Virus record (IMG/VR): IMGVR_UViG_3300035561_000135
Location: 1-35,106 of that record
DNA from: a virus
Taxonomy: Duplodnaviria > Caudoviricetes
Direction: 5' to 3' (one strand)
DNA length: 35,106 nt
In this document: in pieces, positions 28,017 through 35,106 of the stretch
Position numbering within the stretch: position 1 is the stretch's first letter
How the letters are laid out: the number at the start of each line of letters is the position of its first letter
Notes under the pieces: model-generated
Told to the model about the DNA's origin: nothing
Database searches by the model: none
Seen by the model: the letters and a program-made list of their open reading frames with translations, nothing else
Made by a program: the position numbers and the translations under genes

Positions 28017-28516
28017 TCTTTGGTAAAGGCTGGCCGGTAGTAAGAATAATTCCCACAGGTTATGAAGTACCTTTGGAGATAGAAATCCGTCATGCGGGAG
28101 TTCTTCCTACATTCAAAGATAAACATCAGCTGGAGAATATGTCTCCGATCAATGGAATGAGAACCTGGATCGATCTCTGGGATCATGCTGAATTCAAAGT
28201 TCGGGTTTATCTGTTTGAACATTCCAAACCGGTGAGATATTTTAATCTACTGGCGAGTATCGAGAATAAAATGGTCTGGTTCAAGCCACATAAATACAAG
28301 CTGGACGGATTGACGGCGGCACCCTGGATAAAGGATGCAAATTTTAACAATGTGCCATTTAAATGCACAGAATTCCGACCATATTATTTGAATGATTTCA
28401 ATAAATTCGATATTTTGGAAATGACCTTTAAATCGAGCCGACCGGTAACGATAGCAGCTTATGATGTGCCGGAGAGCATTGTGACGATAATAATAAATAA
28501 CCAGATTTGCGCATAA
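28013..28516 (+). CDS. Minor tail protein (hypothetical)
   Basis: ATGA overlap; position in tail module. Confidence 0.65.
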   Translation: MIFGKGWPVVRIIPTGYEVPLEIEIRHAGVLPTFKDKHQLENMSPINGMRTWIDLWDHAEFKVRVYLFEHSKPVRYFNLLASIENKMVWFKPHKYKLDGLTAAPWIKDANFNNVPFKCTEFRPYYLNDFNKFDILEMTFKSSRPVTIAAYDVPESIVTIIINNQICA

Positions 28517-28529
28517 ACAGGAGAGGAAG

Positions 28530-29435
28530 ATGAATTACATTTTATATATAGCAGGCAGCGGAGTGAGAGCTTTGAAATTGAAAGCAGTTGAAGGAGCTAT
28601 GACCAATGCCAACAGCGGATTAACAGCAGGAGAAGAATACATAGCAACCTGCAACGAAGGGGCAACTTCGATAAACTTTGAGCCGGAAGCGGGAAATGTG
28701 CCGGCAAGCGGAGTTCCAACCGGAAATTATCAGGTTTATAAAAGCGAAACTATTGAAGATCCGGTTTGGGATTTGATCGAAGGAATGGGATTGATCTCGA
28801 TAGCTAATAATGATCTGGGAACGATATTGGACGGCAAAGCTGCTGCGGATCATAATCATAACTCTGTATATGCGACAATCGGACATAATCATAACAGTGT
28901 ATATGCGACCATAACATCAGTCACAGCATTATCGGATGATGTAACGGCATTGGAAAACAGTTTATTGGCATTGATCACAGACATATCTTCCGGATATTCA
29001 TTAACTGCGGGAGCATTTCAAAGCAGCAGCAAGGTAAAGGTATATGCCCAGCGTCCGAATGTAACGATCGGCGGCGAAGAGATACCTCTTCTGGGATTAT
29101 TTAATTTTCAGTGGGTACTGAATAATATAGCGGATTGGACGGCGAACTGGGAAGGCATCAGCCAGACGCTATATCAGGGAGAGATTTCATCTTACAGCAA
29201 TGAGGTATGGATAACGAAACCACCGGAGGGCGACAGCATTTATAATAAACCTGTTTATCTTCATTTCAGGGTAAAGCTGAGCAATGCTGTGAGTCAGACC
29301 GGCTGGACTGAATTTTTGAATTTTGGAGAGATCAACGAACCGCATGATGTGACAGTGGAAAATCTGGCAGCGGCAATGCTGGAGAATACGGATCTGATGG
29401 AAGATTTGGCGAATAGAGTAGCATATCGTCTATGA
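28530..29435 (+). CDS. Tail fibre-like protein with tandem HxH motifs
   Basis: LDGKAAADHNHNSVYATIGHNHNSVYAT, then coiled coil VTALSDDVTALE. Confidence 0.65.
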   Translation: MNYILYIAGSGVRALKLKAVEGAMTNANSGLTAGEEYIATCNEGATSINFEPEAGNVPASGVPTGNYQVYKSETIEDPVWDLIEGMGLISIANNDLGTILDGKAAADHNHNSVYATIGHNHNSVYATITSVTALSDDVTALENSLLALITDISSGYSLTAGAFQSSSKVKVYAQRPNVTIGGEEIPLLGLFNFQWVLNNIADWTANWEGISQTLYQGEISSYSNEVWITKPPEGDSIYNKPVYLHFRVKLSNAVSQTGWTEFLNFGEINEPHDVTVENLAAAMLENTDLMEDLANRVAYRL

Positions 29436-29462
29436 GCCAAAAAATAAAGGAATAAGGAGATA

Positions 29463-29684
29463 ATGATGGATGTTAAAAAAATCGTGAAGTCAATAATGAA
29501 GGAAATGCAGGAGCAGCAGGAAATGGATATGGCCATCGTTCGAAAACACCAGGATAAAGTGCTTCGTTCGGAAGGGGCTGTGCTGGCATTGAGCTATTTT
29601 ATGCAGAAAGTGGACGAAGCAGAAAAGGCAGAGAAAAAGAATGATAATCCTAAAAAAACCGGCAACAAAGCTAAGCGAAGTTAA
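29463..29684 (+). CDS. Small coiled-coil protein
   Basis: AAGGAG RBS; 73 aa. Confidence 0.7.
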   Translation: MMDVKKIVKSIMKEMQEQQEMDMAIVRKHQDKVLRSEGAVLALSYFMQKVDEAEKAEKKNDNPKKTGNKAKRS

Positions 29685-29907
29685 ACCTGCTGTCAGACCT
29701 GTTCAGATCATCCGGCGAAGCAGGAATCGTTCCTGGGTTCTGCTTGATTCTCATCACAGCAGCGAGAAAGCAATTGATGAGGGGATTGCAAATATTGCGA
29801 TAGCCGAAGGGGAGGCGTTTCCGGAAAATCCGAAGCCGAATCAATTGTTTGTATATCAAGGAGATAATAAGAGAAAAGGGCTTTATAAATATGAGCCAGA
29901 CGAATAA
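29641..29907 (+). CDS. Small fibre-associated protein
   Basis: C-terminal GEAFPENP.PNQLF...GDNKRKGLYKYE resembles the C-terminus of the next gene. Confidence 0.65.
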   Translation: MIILKKPATKLSEVKPAVRPVQIIRRSRNRSWVLLDSHHSSEKAIDEGIANIAIAEGEAFPENPKPNQLFVYQGDNKRKGLYKYEPDE

Positions 29908-29922
29908 AACAGGAGGTACAAA

Positions 29923-30561
29923 ATGAGTGCATGGAAACAGTTGATCGATACGATCCAGATAGGTGATTTACCGGGTGATATTCCCAAAACGAAAATTTCA
30001 TCAACCGGACAGTGGCCGACCGGAGACATTCCAGACCTGAACGCCAGCAAAATTACAGCTGGAGAATTTCCCAGTGCCAGAATAGAAGATGGAGCTATAC
30101 TGGAAGCTAAAATCGGTGCCGGCGCTGTGACGGAAGCTAAGATCGGAGCCGGAGCGGTGACTGTGAACAAAATCGGTGCTCTGGCGGTAACTGCTGCTAA
30201 GATCGCAGCTGGTGCTGTGGAAGAAAATAAAATAGATACTGGTGCTGTAACAGAAAACAAACTCGGCGCTCTGGCGGTGACTGCTGCCAAGATCGCAGCT
30301 GGCGCAGTGACGGAAGATAAGATCGGTGCTCTGGCAGTAACGAATGGCAAAATAGGAGCCGGCGCAGTGAATGTGGCCAAGATGGATATCGATGCTGATC
30401 TGGATATGGGATTGAATCAAGTGGAAAATTTCGTTATTGAATTGGTTTCCTCGCTTCCAACGGTAACCCAGGAAGCAGCGAGTGACGGCAGGATAGTGAT
30501 GCTGACCACCCAAGATGGTGATAATAAGCCAGGTTTGTATCGTTACGAATATTCGGCGTAA
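29923..30561 (+). CDS. Fibre shaft protein with decapeptide repeats
   Basis: DIPDLNASKITAG motif and ten repeats of consensus IGAGAVT.AK; AGGAGG RBS. Confidence 0.85.
   Translation: MSAWKQLIDTIQIGDLPGDIPKTKISSTGQWPTGDIPDLNASKITAGEFPSARIEDGAILEAKIGAGAVTEAKIGAGAVTVNKIGALAVTAAKIAAGAVEENKIDTGAVTENKLGALAVTAAKIAAGAVTEDKIGALAVTNGKIGAGAVNVAKMDIDADLDMGLNQVENFVIELVSSLPTVTQEAASDGRIVMLTTQDGDNKPGLYRYEYSA
30082..30381 (+). repeat. Ten degenerate 30-bp coding tandem repeats
   Basis: IEDGAILEAK IGAGAVTEAK IGAGAVTVNK IGALAVTAAK IAAGAVEENK IDTGAVTENK LGALAVTAAK IAAGAVTEDK IGALAVTNGK IGAGAVNVAK. Confidence 0.92.
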
Positions 30562-30571
30562 GGAGGTATAG

Positions 30572-30886
30572 ATGGTGACAATTCGGATAGGACAAAAACC
30601 CTCGAAAGCTATGAATGTACTCGATGAAATATTGGATTATGACGACATATATTCCAACTCTAACGCAAAATTCAGAATGAAGAAACCTACCCTTGCACAT
30701 GAATACAAAGGACATTACAAATTCCTAACAGCCGATAAAAGTCCCAAGACAGTAGTTGTAATGCAATCCGCCACAAAGGATAACAAGAAACTGAAATATT
30801 CTCTGGATATCACAGAAGACGGCAAAAAAGCAGACGTGAAAGTTTTGGAAAAGCTTTTGGAAAAGCTAAAAAAAGAAGATGAGTAA
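30572..30886 (+). CDS. Hypothetical basic protein (possible fibre chaperone)
   Basis: AAGGAGGT RBS; 104 aa between fibre genes. Confidence 0.7.
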   Translation: MVTIRIGQKPSKAMNVLDEILDYDDIYSNSNAKFRMKKPTLAHEYKGHYKFLTADKSPKTVVVMQSATKDNKKLKYSLDITEDGKKADVKVLEKLLEKLKKEDE

Positions 30887-31514
30887 CTGGAAACAGATAT
30901 TGGACGGCGGAATCATTCCGCTGCCCAATGATGCTTATAAAAGCAATTTCCTGCGGTTAAATTCAGACGGCACAGATTATGAATTCGGACCTGTGGAAGA
31001 CGTTCGAGATGAAATTTTCAACAAAACAGCGATTGGCACTCCAACTTCTGCTGCGCAGGCGTTGGTCATAGATCTGGCAGATCATGGTGTTATTTCTGAT
31101 GCCCCGACCGCACGAGAAGCATTCTATGTAGAAGTGCTCATCACAATATATGCAGATCATTATGATTCTAAAACGATTCATTATTTACTTCATGCCCACA
31201 GAAAAGTAGTATTTAATGTTGTGTTCAATGACAGTTACGTTCCAAAACTATATCCGGCAGCACCCTCTGCAAACGATTTTGTGATTGATCACGGGGGGCT
31301 ATATTACAACTTGAACGATACGGATTTTGGCGAAATTCCGTTAGGAGAACTGCCGGTAACGGTGGGAGAGGACAGCGGTGATCTGTTCGTGCGAGTAAGC
31401 AACGCATTAGGCACGCTCACATCTGGTATGGATGATGAAATCCCTGTAGAACTATATTTCACGTATGAAGTGAAAATAACAAAAAATGATTTTGACACAA
31501 CTTATTCGCCATAG
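30879..31514 (+). CDS. Fibre tip-like protein
   Basis: N-terminal MSNWKQIL, fibre-type motif FLRLNSDGTDYEF, beta-rich acidic C-terminal domain. Confidence 0.65.
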   Translation: MSNWKQILDGGIIPLPNDAYKSNFLRLNSDGTDYEFGPVEDVRDEIFNKTAIGTPTSAAQALVIDLADHGVISDAPTAREAFYVEVLITIYADHYDSKTIHYLLHAHRKVVFNVVFNDSYVPKLYPAAPSANDFVIDHGGLYYNLNDTDFGEIPLGELPVTVGEDSGDLFVRVSNALGTLTSGMDDEIPVELYFTYEVKITKNDFDTTYSP

Positions 31515-31548
31515 ACAGGCTGAGGTTAAGGTTAAGTAGGAGAGACAT

Positions 31549-31902
31549 ATGGCTACAAGATTAAATAAAAATTTCACGCATTTCAAAAATACAGGGGTGG
31601 ATATAGAATTTGTATTCAGCGATATTGCAGATCTTTCTGAAGCCAACGAAATTGAATGGGCTTTTGGCGTGGATGAAGATTCTGAGCCGCTTATAACAAA
31701 GTCCACAGCGGATGGGATAACTATAAATGAAGTTGATACTGAAAAATGCACAGTGAGATTAGATCCTGGTGATACTGAGACGCTGACGGCAGGATCCTAC
31801 TATCATCAGTTAAGATGGCAGGATGATGACATGGTCTGGCACGTTAGCGCTGCCGGCACGATGACACTGCTGAATACGATATTCGACATCGAGGGGGCGT
31901 GA
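31549..31902 (+). CDS. BppU N-terminal-like Ig-fold adaptor
   Basis: DLS.A....W......LITKS...GITI......TVRL.P.DT..L.AG.YYHQL; upstream of DGR target. Confidence 0.65.
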   Translation: MATRLNKNFTHFKNTGVDIEFVFSDIADLSEANEIEWAFGVDEDSEPLITKSTADGITINEVDTEKCTVRLDPGDTETLTAGSYYHQLRWQDDDMVWHVSAAGTMTLLNTIFDIEGA

Positions 31903-33371
31903 TGTCGCTGGGTGCATACAGTAAAACTAAAATTACGCTCGGAGCTGCTGGCGGCAACTATGCATTAGCAAAGATATACGGCATCCGAATAACAGTATCA
32001 GATGGCACGGTCACAAGAGTAGAAGACGCAGTCGGGCTGACGTTTAATGCTCATGCTGGATCGTATAATTCTGAATTGGTGAATGACTTTAACACATGTT
32101 ATCCCTGGAGTGCTATCCGGCAGGTGAAAACAGATAGCAACGGTAAAATATTAGCATATTTGGGCGATAATATTTATAGCGAAATAGAAGGCGAATATTA
32201 TACAAGGATCCCGCAGTTTTATTTTAGAGATTATGAGATTACGGAAGAAGAGGTTGATTATCGATATGTAATGATCTCAGATCGTCCATTGCCGAATTAT
32301 CAACCGGCTTTTCTTGATTCTTCCGGAAATAAAAAGCCATATGGTCTTTACGGTAGGACTCCAACGCATTGGGATGGCTCAGAGATGGTAACTAAACCAT
32401 CTTCTGTTACAAATAACAGACCGCTAAAAGTCAGTTATGCCTATGATGACTTCCTGACTGCTTTTGAAGCTAAAGGCGATGGCAATTGGACTGGATATGA
32501 CCTGATTGCCAGACATGCATTGTGGGCTCTTTCTGTGGTAGAAGCTGGTAGTTTAGATCATAAAACAAGCTGTGGTACTGGAATAAATTCTGGAATGCCA
32601 TATGGAAGTGGCAGCGAATATCAGGCTGTATCTGCAACGTCAGATGCAAACACAGTAACGCTTTCAGACTCTCCGTATTATGCAGAAGGAATGCTGGTAC
32701 AGGTAGGTAGTTCGTATTCCAACAACAGCGTTGCAGCTGATCGATATATTACAGATGTGACAGACAATTTGGATGGCACACAGACCCTTACACTGTCCGG
32801 CGATCCATTTAGCGTGAGTATTGGCGATTATTGTGTTACTTGGGGACAGCCAGTCCCCGAAGAACAGATTGACGCCCTAAATGGCGAAAGTGGGTATATT
32901 ACACAGTTTGGCAGTCAGAACAGATCACACGTTTCTTATCGGGGAATCTGGGATTTGTGGGGGAATATTTGGCAATGGAATTACGGATTTATTCGATATG
33001 ACGGTGTCTATTATATCTCCACCCAACCTTCCTATTATAATATAGGAGGAACTTTCGATCCCAGAGCGGAAACAGGCTGGACAGAAATATCTGGCACTGG
33101 ATATTTGGATAACGGCTACCAAAAAACCAGAAAACCACTAACAACCAATTTTGGTATAGTTGATTATCTTACTGAAACTGGCGGTGGAGCTGGCAGCAGC
33201 ACGTTCTACGCTGCCTATCTCTACAATTATAATTCGAGCTACACTGGAGTCCGTGTTCTGCTCGTGGGCGGTCGCTGGGGCCTTGGGTCTAACGTTTCGC
33301 CCGTGTGCGCGTATGGTCACTATGGGCCGGGTAGCTCGCACTTCAGCCTCGGGGCTCGCCTCATCCGATGA
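31899..33371 (+). CDS. DGR target protein: receptor-binding fibre with CLec-type fold
   Basis: YRGIWDLWGNIWQW motif; C-terminal VGG.W...G.R variable region matching the downstream template repeat. Confidence 0.92.
   Translation: MMSLGAYSKTKITLGAAGGNYALAKIYGIRITVSDGTVTRVEDAVGLTFNAHAGSYNSELVNDFNTCYPWSAIRQVKTDSNGKILAYLGDNIYSEIEGEYYTRIPQFYFRDYEITEEEVDYRYVMISDRPLPNYQPAFLDSSGNKKPYGLYGRTPTHWDGSEMVTKPSSVTNNRPLKVSYAYDDFLTAFEAKGDGNWTGYDLIARHALWALSVVEAGSLDHKTSCGTGINSGMPYGSGSEYQAVSATSDANTVTLSDSPYYAEGMLVQVGSSYSNNSVAADRYITDVTDNLDGTQTLTLSGDPFSVSIGDYCVTWGQPVPEEQIDALNGESGYITQFGSQNRSHVSYRGIWDLWGNIWQWNYGFIRYDGVYYISTQPSYYNIGGTFDPRAETGWTEISGTGYLDNGYQKTRKPLTTNFGIVDYLTETGGGAGSSTFYAAYLYNYNSSYTGVRVLLVGGRWGLGSNVSPVCAYGHYGPGSSHFSLGARLIR
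33255..33366 (+). repeat. DGR variable repeat (VR) including the 3' IMH region
   Basis: 112-bp ungapped match to 33455-33566 with 19 mismatches, 18 opposite TR adenines. Confidence 0.97.
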
Positions 33372-33381
33372 GTTCTGGGGG

Positions 33382-33406
33382 TGCAGGGGGCGAGCAGCCC
33401 CTTGCA
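33382..33406 (+). promoter_or_regulatory. GC-rich hairpin downstream of VR (DGR target-recognition element)
   Basis: TGCAGGGGGC-GAGCA-GCCCCTTGCA, 10 bp after the target stop codon. Confidence 0.8.
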
Positions 33407-33454
33407 AAAAAAAAAAAAGAGAAAAATAATGATAAAGGTACTTTTAGACGAATG

Positions 33455-33566
33455 GTTCTGCACGTGGGCGGTAACTGGAACAATGGGTCTAACGTTTCGC
33501 CCGTGTACGCGAATGGCAACAATGGGCCGGGTAACTCGAACATCAACATCGGGGCTCGCCAAATCC
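33455..33566 (+). ncRNA. DGR template repeat (TR)
   Basis: In VR frame reads VLHVGGNWNNGSNVSPVYANGNNGPGNSNINIGAR, with 10 AAY codons. Confidence 0.95.
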
Positions 33567-33676
33567 TTTAAAAATATGAAGTCTAAAAGAATACCTCCGA
33601 AAGGAAAATATGCTAACAAAAACCTGCCGGTAGGCCGAATATCGGGACGAAAGCTGGTGAGCATAAAGGATGAAAT

Positions 33677-34723
33677 ATGAGATCATGGAAAAACGTTAGA
33701 CTCGAAAGGATTGCCACTTTAAGCAATGCAAAAAGGGCAAGGCATGAGGCAGGCAGAGGTAAGCGCAACAGAAGCCATGTAAAAAGATTTAATGATGATT
33801 TGAAGCTTATGAAGATAATTGAAGATATTAAATCTGAAAATTATAAACCTCAAGAATTGCGAATAAAAAAAATATGGGACAAGGCTTCTCGAAAGGAAAG
33901 AATTATATCTTGCCCTGCCTTCAGGGATCAAATTGTACATTGGATGATAATGAATATTTTGAAACCTCATTTTGAACGCCATATCATCCAACATGCTGTA
34001 GCCAATATTCCAGGTAAAGGTTTAGAATATGGCAGAAAACTTTTAAAGCATTGGGCACATAAAGATAAACATGGCACAAAGTGGGTTGTAAAAATGGATA
34101 TTCGCAAATACTATCCGAGCATCGATGTGGAAATACTTCTGAAACAACTATCAAAACATATTCAAGATAAAAGAGTAATTGAATTGATCCGATCAGTGCT
34201 AAGTGTTTCTGAAGGATTAACGCTTGGCTCTTATTTTAACCAGTGGGCAGCAATTTTTTATTTATCAGATTTTGATCATTATATAAAAGAACAGATCAGA
34301 TGTAAATATTATCTCCGGTATGTGGACGATATAATTATGTTTTTCCCAAGCAAAAAAAAAGCAAAAAGAGCTGTTTTAGAATTAGAAAAAAAGCTGAATA
34401 ATTTGAAATTAGTTATAAAAAAAACAGGACCCGGAGCATTACAAATATATAAGTTTAAAGATAGATTTATAGATGCTCTGGGTTATCGAACTTATCGAGA
34501 TGGTAAGCAAACTCTTCGCCGAAGAAATTACCTGACCATAAAAAGGCTTTATAATAGAATAAAGAAAAACGGCTGCTGCCGGAGGCAAGCTCTTGCGATA
34601 CTTTCCAAACGAGGATTGCTGGTACATTCTAATTGCAATTTGCTATTATCAAAAATTGACGAATTGATCAATACTTGTAACATAAAAGGGATAGCTTATG
34701 AAAAACATTATCAGCAAATATGA
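33677..34723 (+). CDS. DGR reverse transcriptase
   Basis: 348 aa, basic; KERII..P.FRD, KMDIRKYYPSID, GLTLGSYFNQ, YLRYVDD, IDALGY; no maturase or endonuclease domain. Confidence 0.97.
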   Translation: MRSWKNVRLERIATLSNAKRARHEAGRGKRNRSHVKRFNDDLKLMKIIEDIKSENYKPQELRIKKIWDKASRKERIISCPAFRDQIVHWMIMNILKPHFERHIIQHAVANIPGKGLEYGRKLLKHWAHKDKHGTKWVVKMDIRKYYPSIDVEILLKQLSKHIQDKRVIELIRSVLSVSEGLTLGSYFNQWAAIFYLSDFDHYIKEQIRCKYYLRYVDDIIMFFPSKKKAKRAVLELEKKLNNLKLVIKKTGPGALQIYKFKDRFIDALGYRTYRDGKQTLRRRNYLTIKRLYNRIKKNGCCRRQALAILSKRGLLVHSNCNLLLSKIDELINTCNIKGIAYEKHYQQI

Positions 34724-34994
34724 AAAAGTGCAGGTATATGAGCTAAAAAATGGGCTCTATACTGTGGAACTAAACGAAAATCCTGTAGAAGTGACGCATG
34801 AAGATGAAGATGGGAATATTGTTACTAATTATGAGGTTGATTCCTATCGAATAGAAGAAGTGCAAAAGAAGTCGCTGGCAAGTGCCAAAGCAGAATATTT
34901 GAAATCCAGTGCAGCTTCTATCGCAGCTATAAAAAAGCAGGCAGCATATAAATGCAAAGAAAACGAAATAAATAATATACCAATAAAGAGGTGA
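34698..34994 (+). CDS. Hypothetical protein overlapping the RT 3' end
   Basis: 98 aa; beta-rich acidic N-half, helical basic C-half. Confidence 0.75.
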   Translation: MKNIISKYEKVQVYELKNGLYTVELNENPVEVTHEDEDGNIVTNYEVDSYRIEEVQKKSLASAKAEYLKSSAASIAAIKKQAAYKCKENEINNIPIKR

Positions 34995-34999
34995 GTGAA

Positions 35000-35106
35000 A
35001 TGGAATATCTGATATCGGGTATAATTTTTGTGATATTATGGGGAATTGTGTTGTATTTGGTCAAGAAATCTGATCGGGAGACTTCTTCCAGAATCAGTTG
35101 TTTGGA
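35000..35106 (+). CDS. Membrane protein, possibly holin-like (truncated by window edge)
   Basis: GAGGTG RBS; MEYLISGIIFVILWGIVLYLVKKSDRETSSRISCL... Confidence 0.55.
   Translation, partial: MEYLISGIIFVILWGIVLYLVKKSDRETSSRISCL

Larger units (their letters stand above)
31899..34723 (+). mobile_element. Diversity-generating retroelement (target-VR, hairpin, TR, spacer, RT)
   Basis: VR/TR pair with adenine-specific mismatches adjacent to a DGR-size RT. Confidence 0.97.
1..35106. mobile_element. Temperate siphovirus-like phage/prophage, partial
   Basis: Continuous phage gene order: antirepressor, recombination, repressor, replication, terminase, portal, head, tail, DGR. No housekeeping genes. 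Ends/att sites not in window. Confidence 0.97.

Noticed and set aside
30082-30381. 30-bp periodicity as a CRISPR array
   Set aside because: These are in-frame degenerate coding repeats with no unique spacers, and there are no cas genes.
29883-30513. Long minus-strand ORFs over the fibre repeat gene
   Set aside because: They are antisense shadows of the Ala/Gly/Val repeats; the plus-strand gene has a strong RBS and fits the operon.
26169-31902. A second DGR target among the other tail genes
   Set aside because: No other ORF ends in a VGG.W...G.R-like sequence and no further TR-like copy was seen by eye; targets outside the window remain possible.
33382-33418. Hairpin plus A13 as a minus-strand terminator
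   Set aside because: On the minus strand the T run precedes the stem; the position fits the DGR hairpin instead.
33368-33680. ORFs 33368-33571 and 33381-33680 spanning TR as a possible avd or second target
   Set aside because: They are shadows of the TR, hairpin and A tract. They have no RBS and no helical-bundle character, and TR is open in the VR frame by construction.
33677-34723. RT as group II intron, retron or Abi RT
   Set aside because: It is short, has no maturase or endonuclease domain and no retron VTG motif, and lies beside a VR/TR pair with adenine-specific mismatches.
1-35106. Integrase, att sites, endolysin, tRNA and rRNA genes
   Set aside because: None was recognisable; integration and lysis genes probably lie outside the window.

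Overview
The whole window is a temperate tailed phage or prophage of siphovirus type (no sheath gene). It is incomplete: no integrase or endolysin is visible and the last gene runs off the right edge. The left arm (minus strand, 13-7213) is an early operon with a Bro-N/ANT antirepressor, MBL-fold nuclease, RecT, SMC-like ATPase and an HTH protein. A switch region and XRE/CI-like repressor follow at 7230-7743. The plus strand then carries a DUF4373-type replication initiator with 21-bp iterons, a MazG-like pyrophosphatase, TerS/TerL, SPP1-type portal, head morphogenesis protein, scaffold, decoration and major capsid proteins, head-tail connectors, tail tube, tail chaperone with a -1 frameshift site, tape measure and tail/fibre genes. 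The window ends in a complete diversity-generating retroelement (DGR). Its variable repeat (33255-33366) is at the 3' end of a CLec-type fibre gene, the template repeat lies exactly 200 bp downstream (33455-33566; 18 of 19 mismatches at template adenines), and the RT is at 33677-34723. No avd gene is recognisable. The most unusual observation is a fibre module whose conserved domain is cut at the same point twice (C-terminal GLY[KR]YE, N-terminal MSxWKQ), suggesting head-to-tail strand-complemented fibre assembly. Also notable are three related terminator hairpins in operon leaders and a captured, internally deleted host endonuclease I-FlgD gene that points to a Cloacimonadota-like host. All protein calls come from motif recognition by eye; no database search was run.
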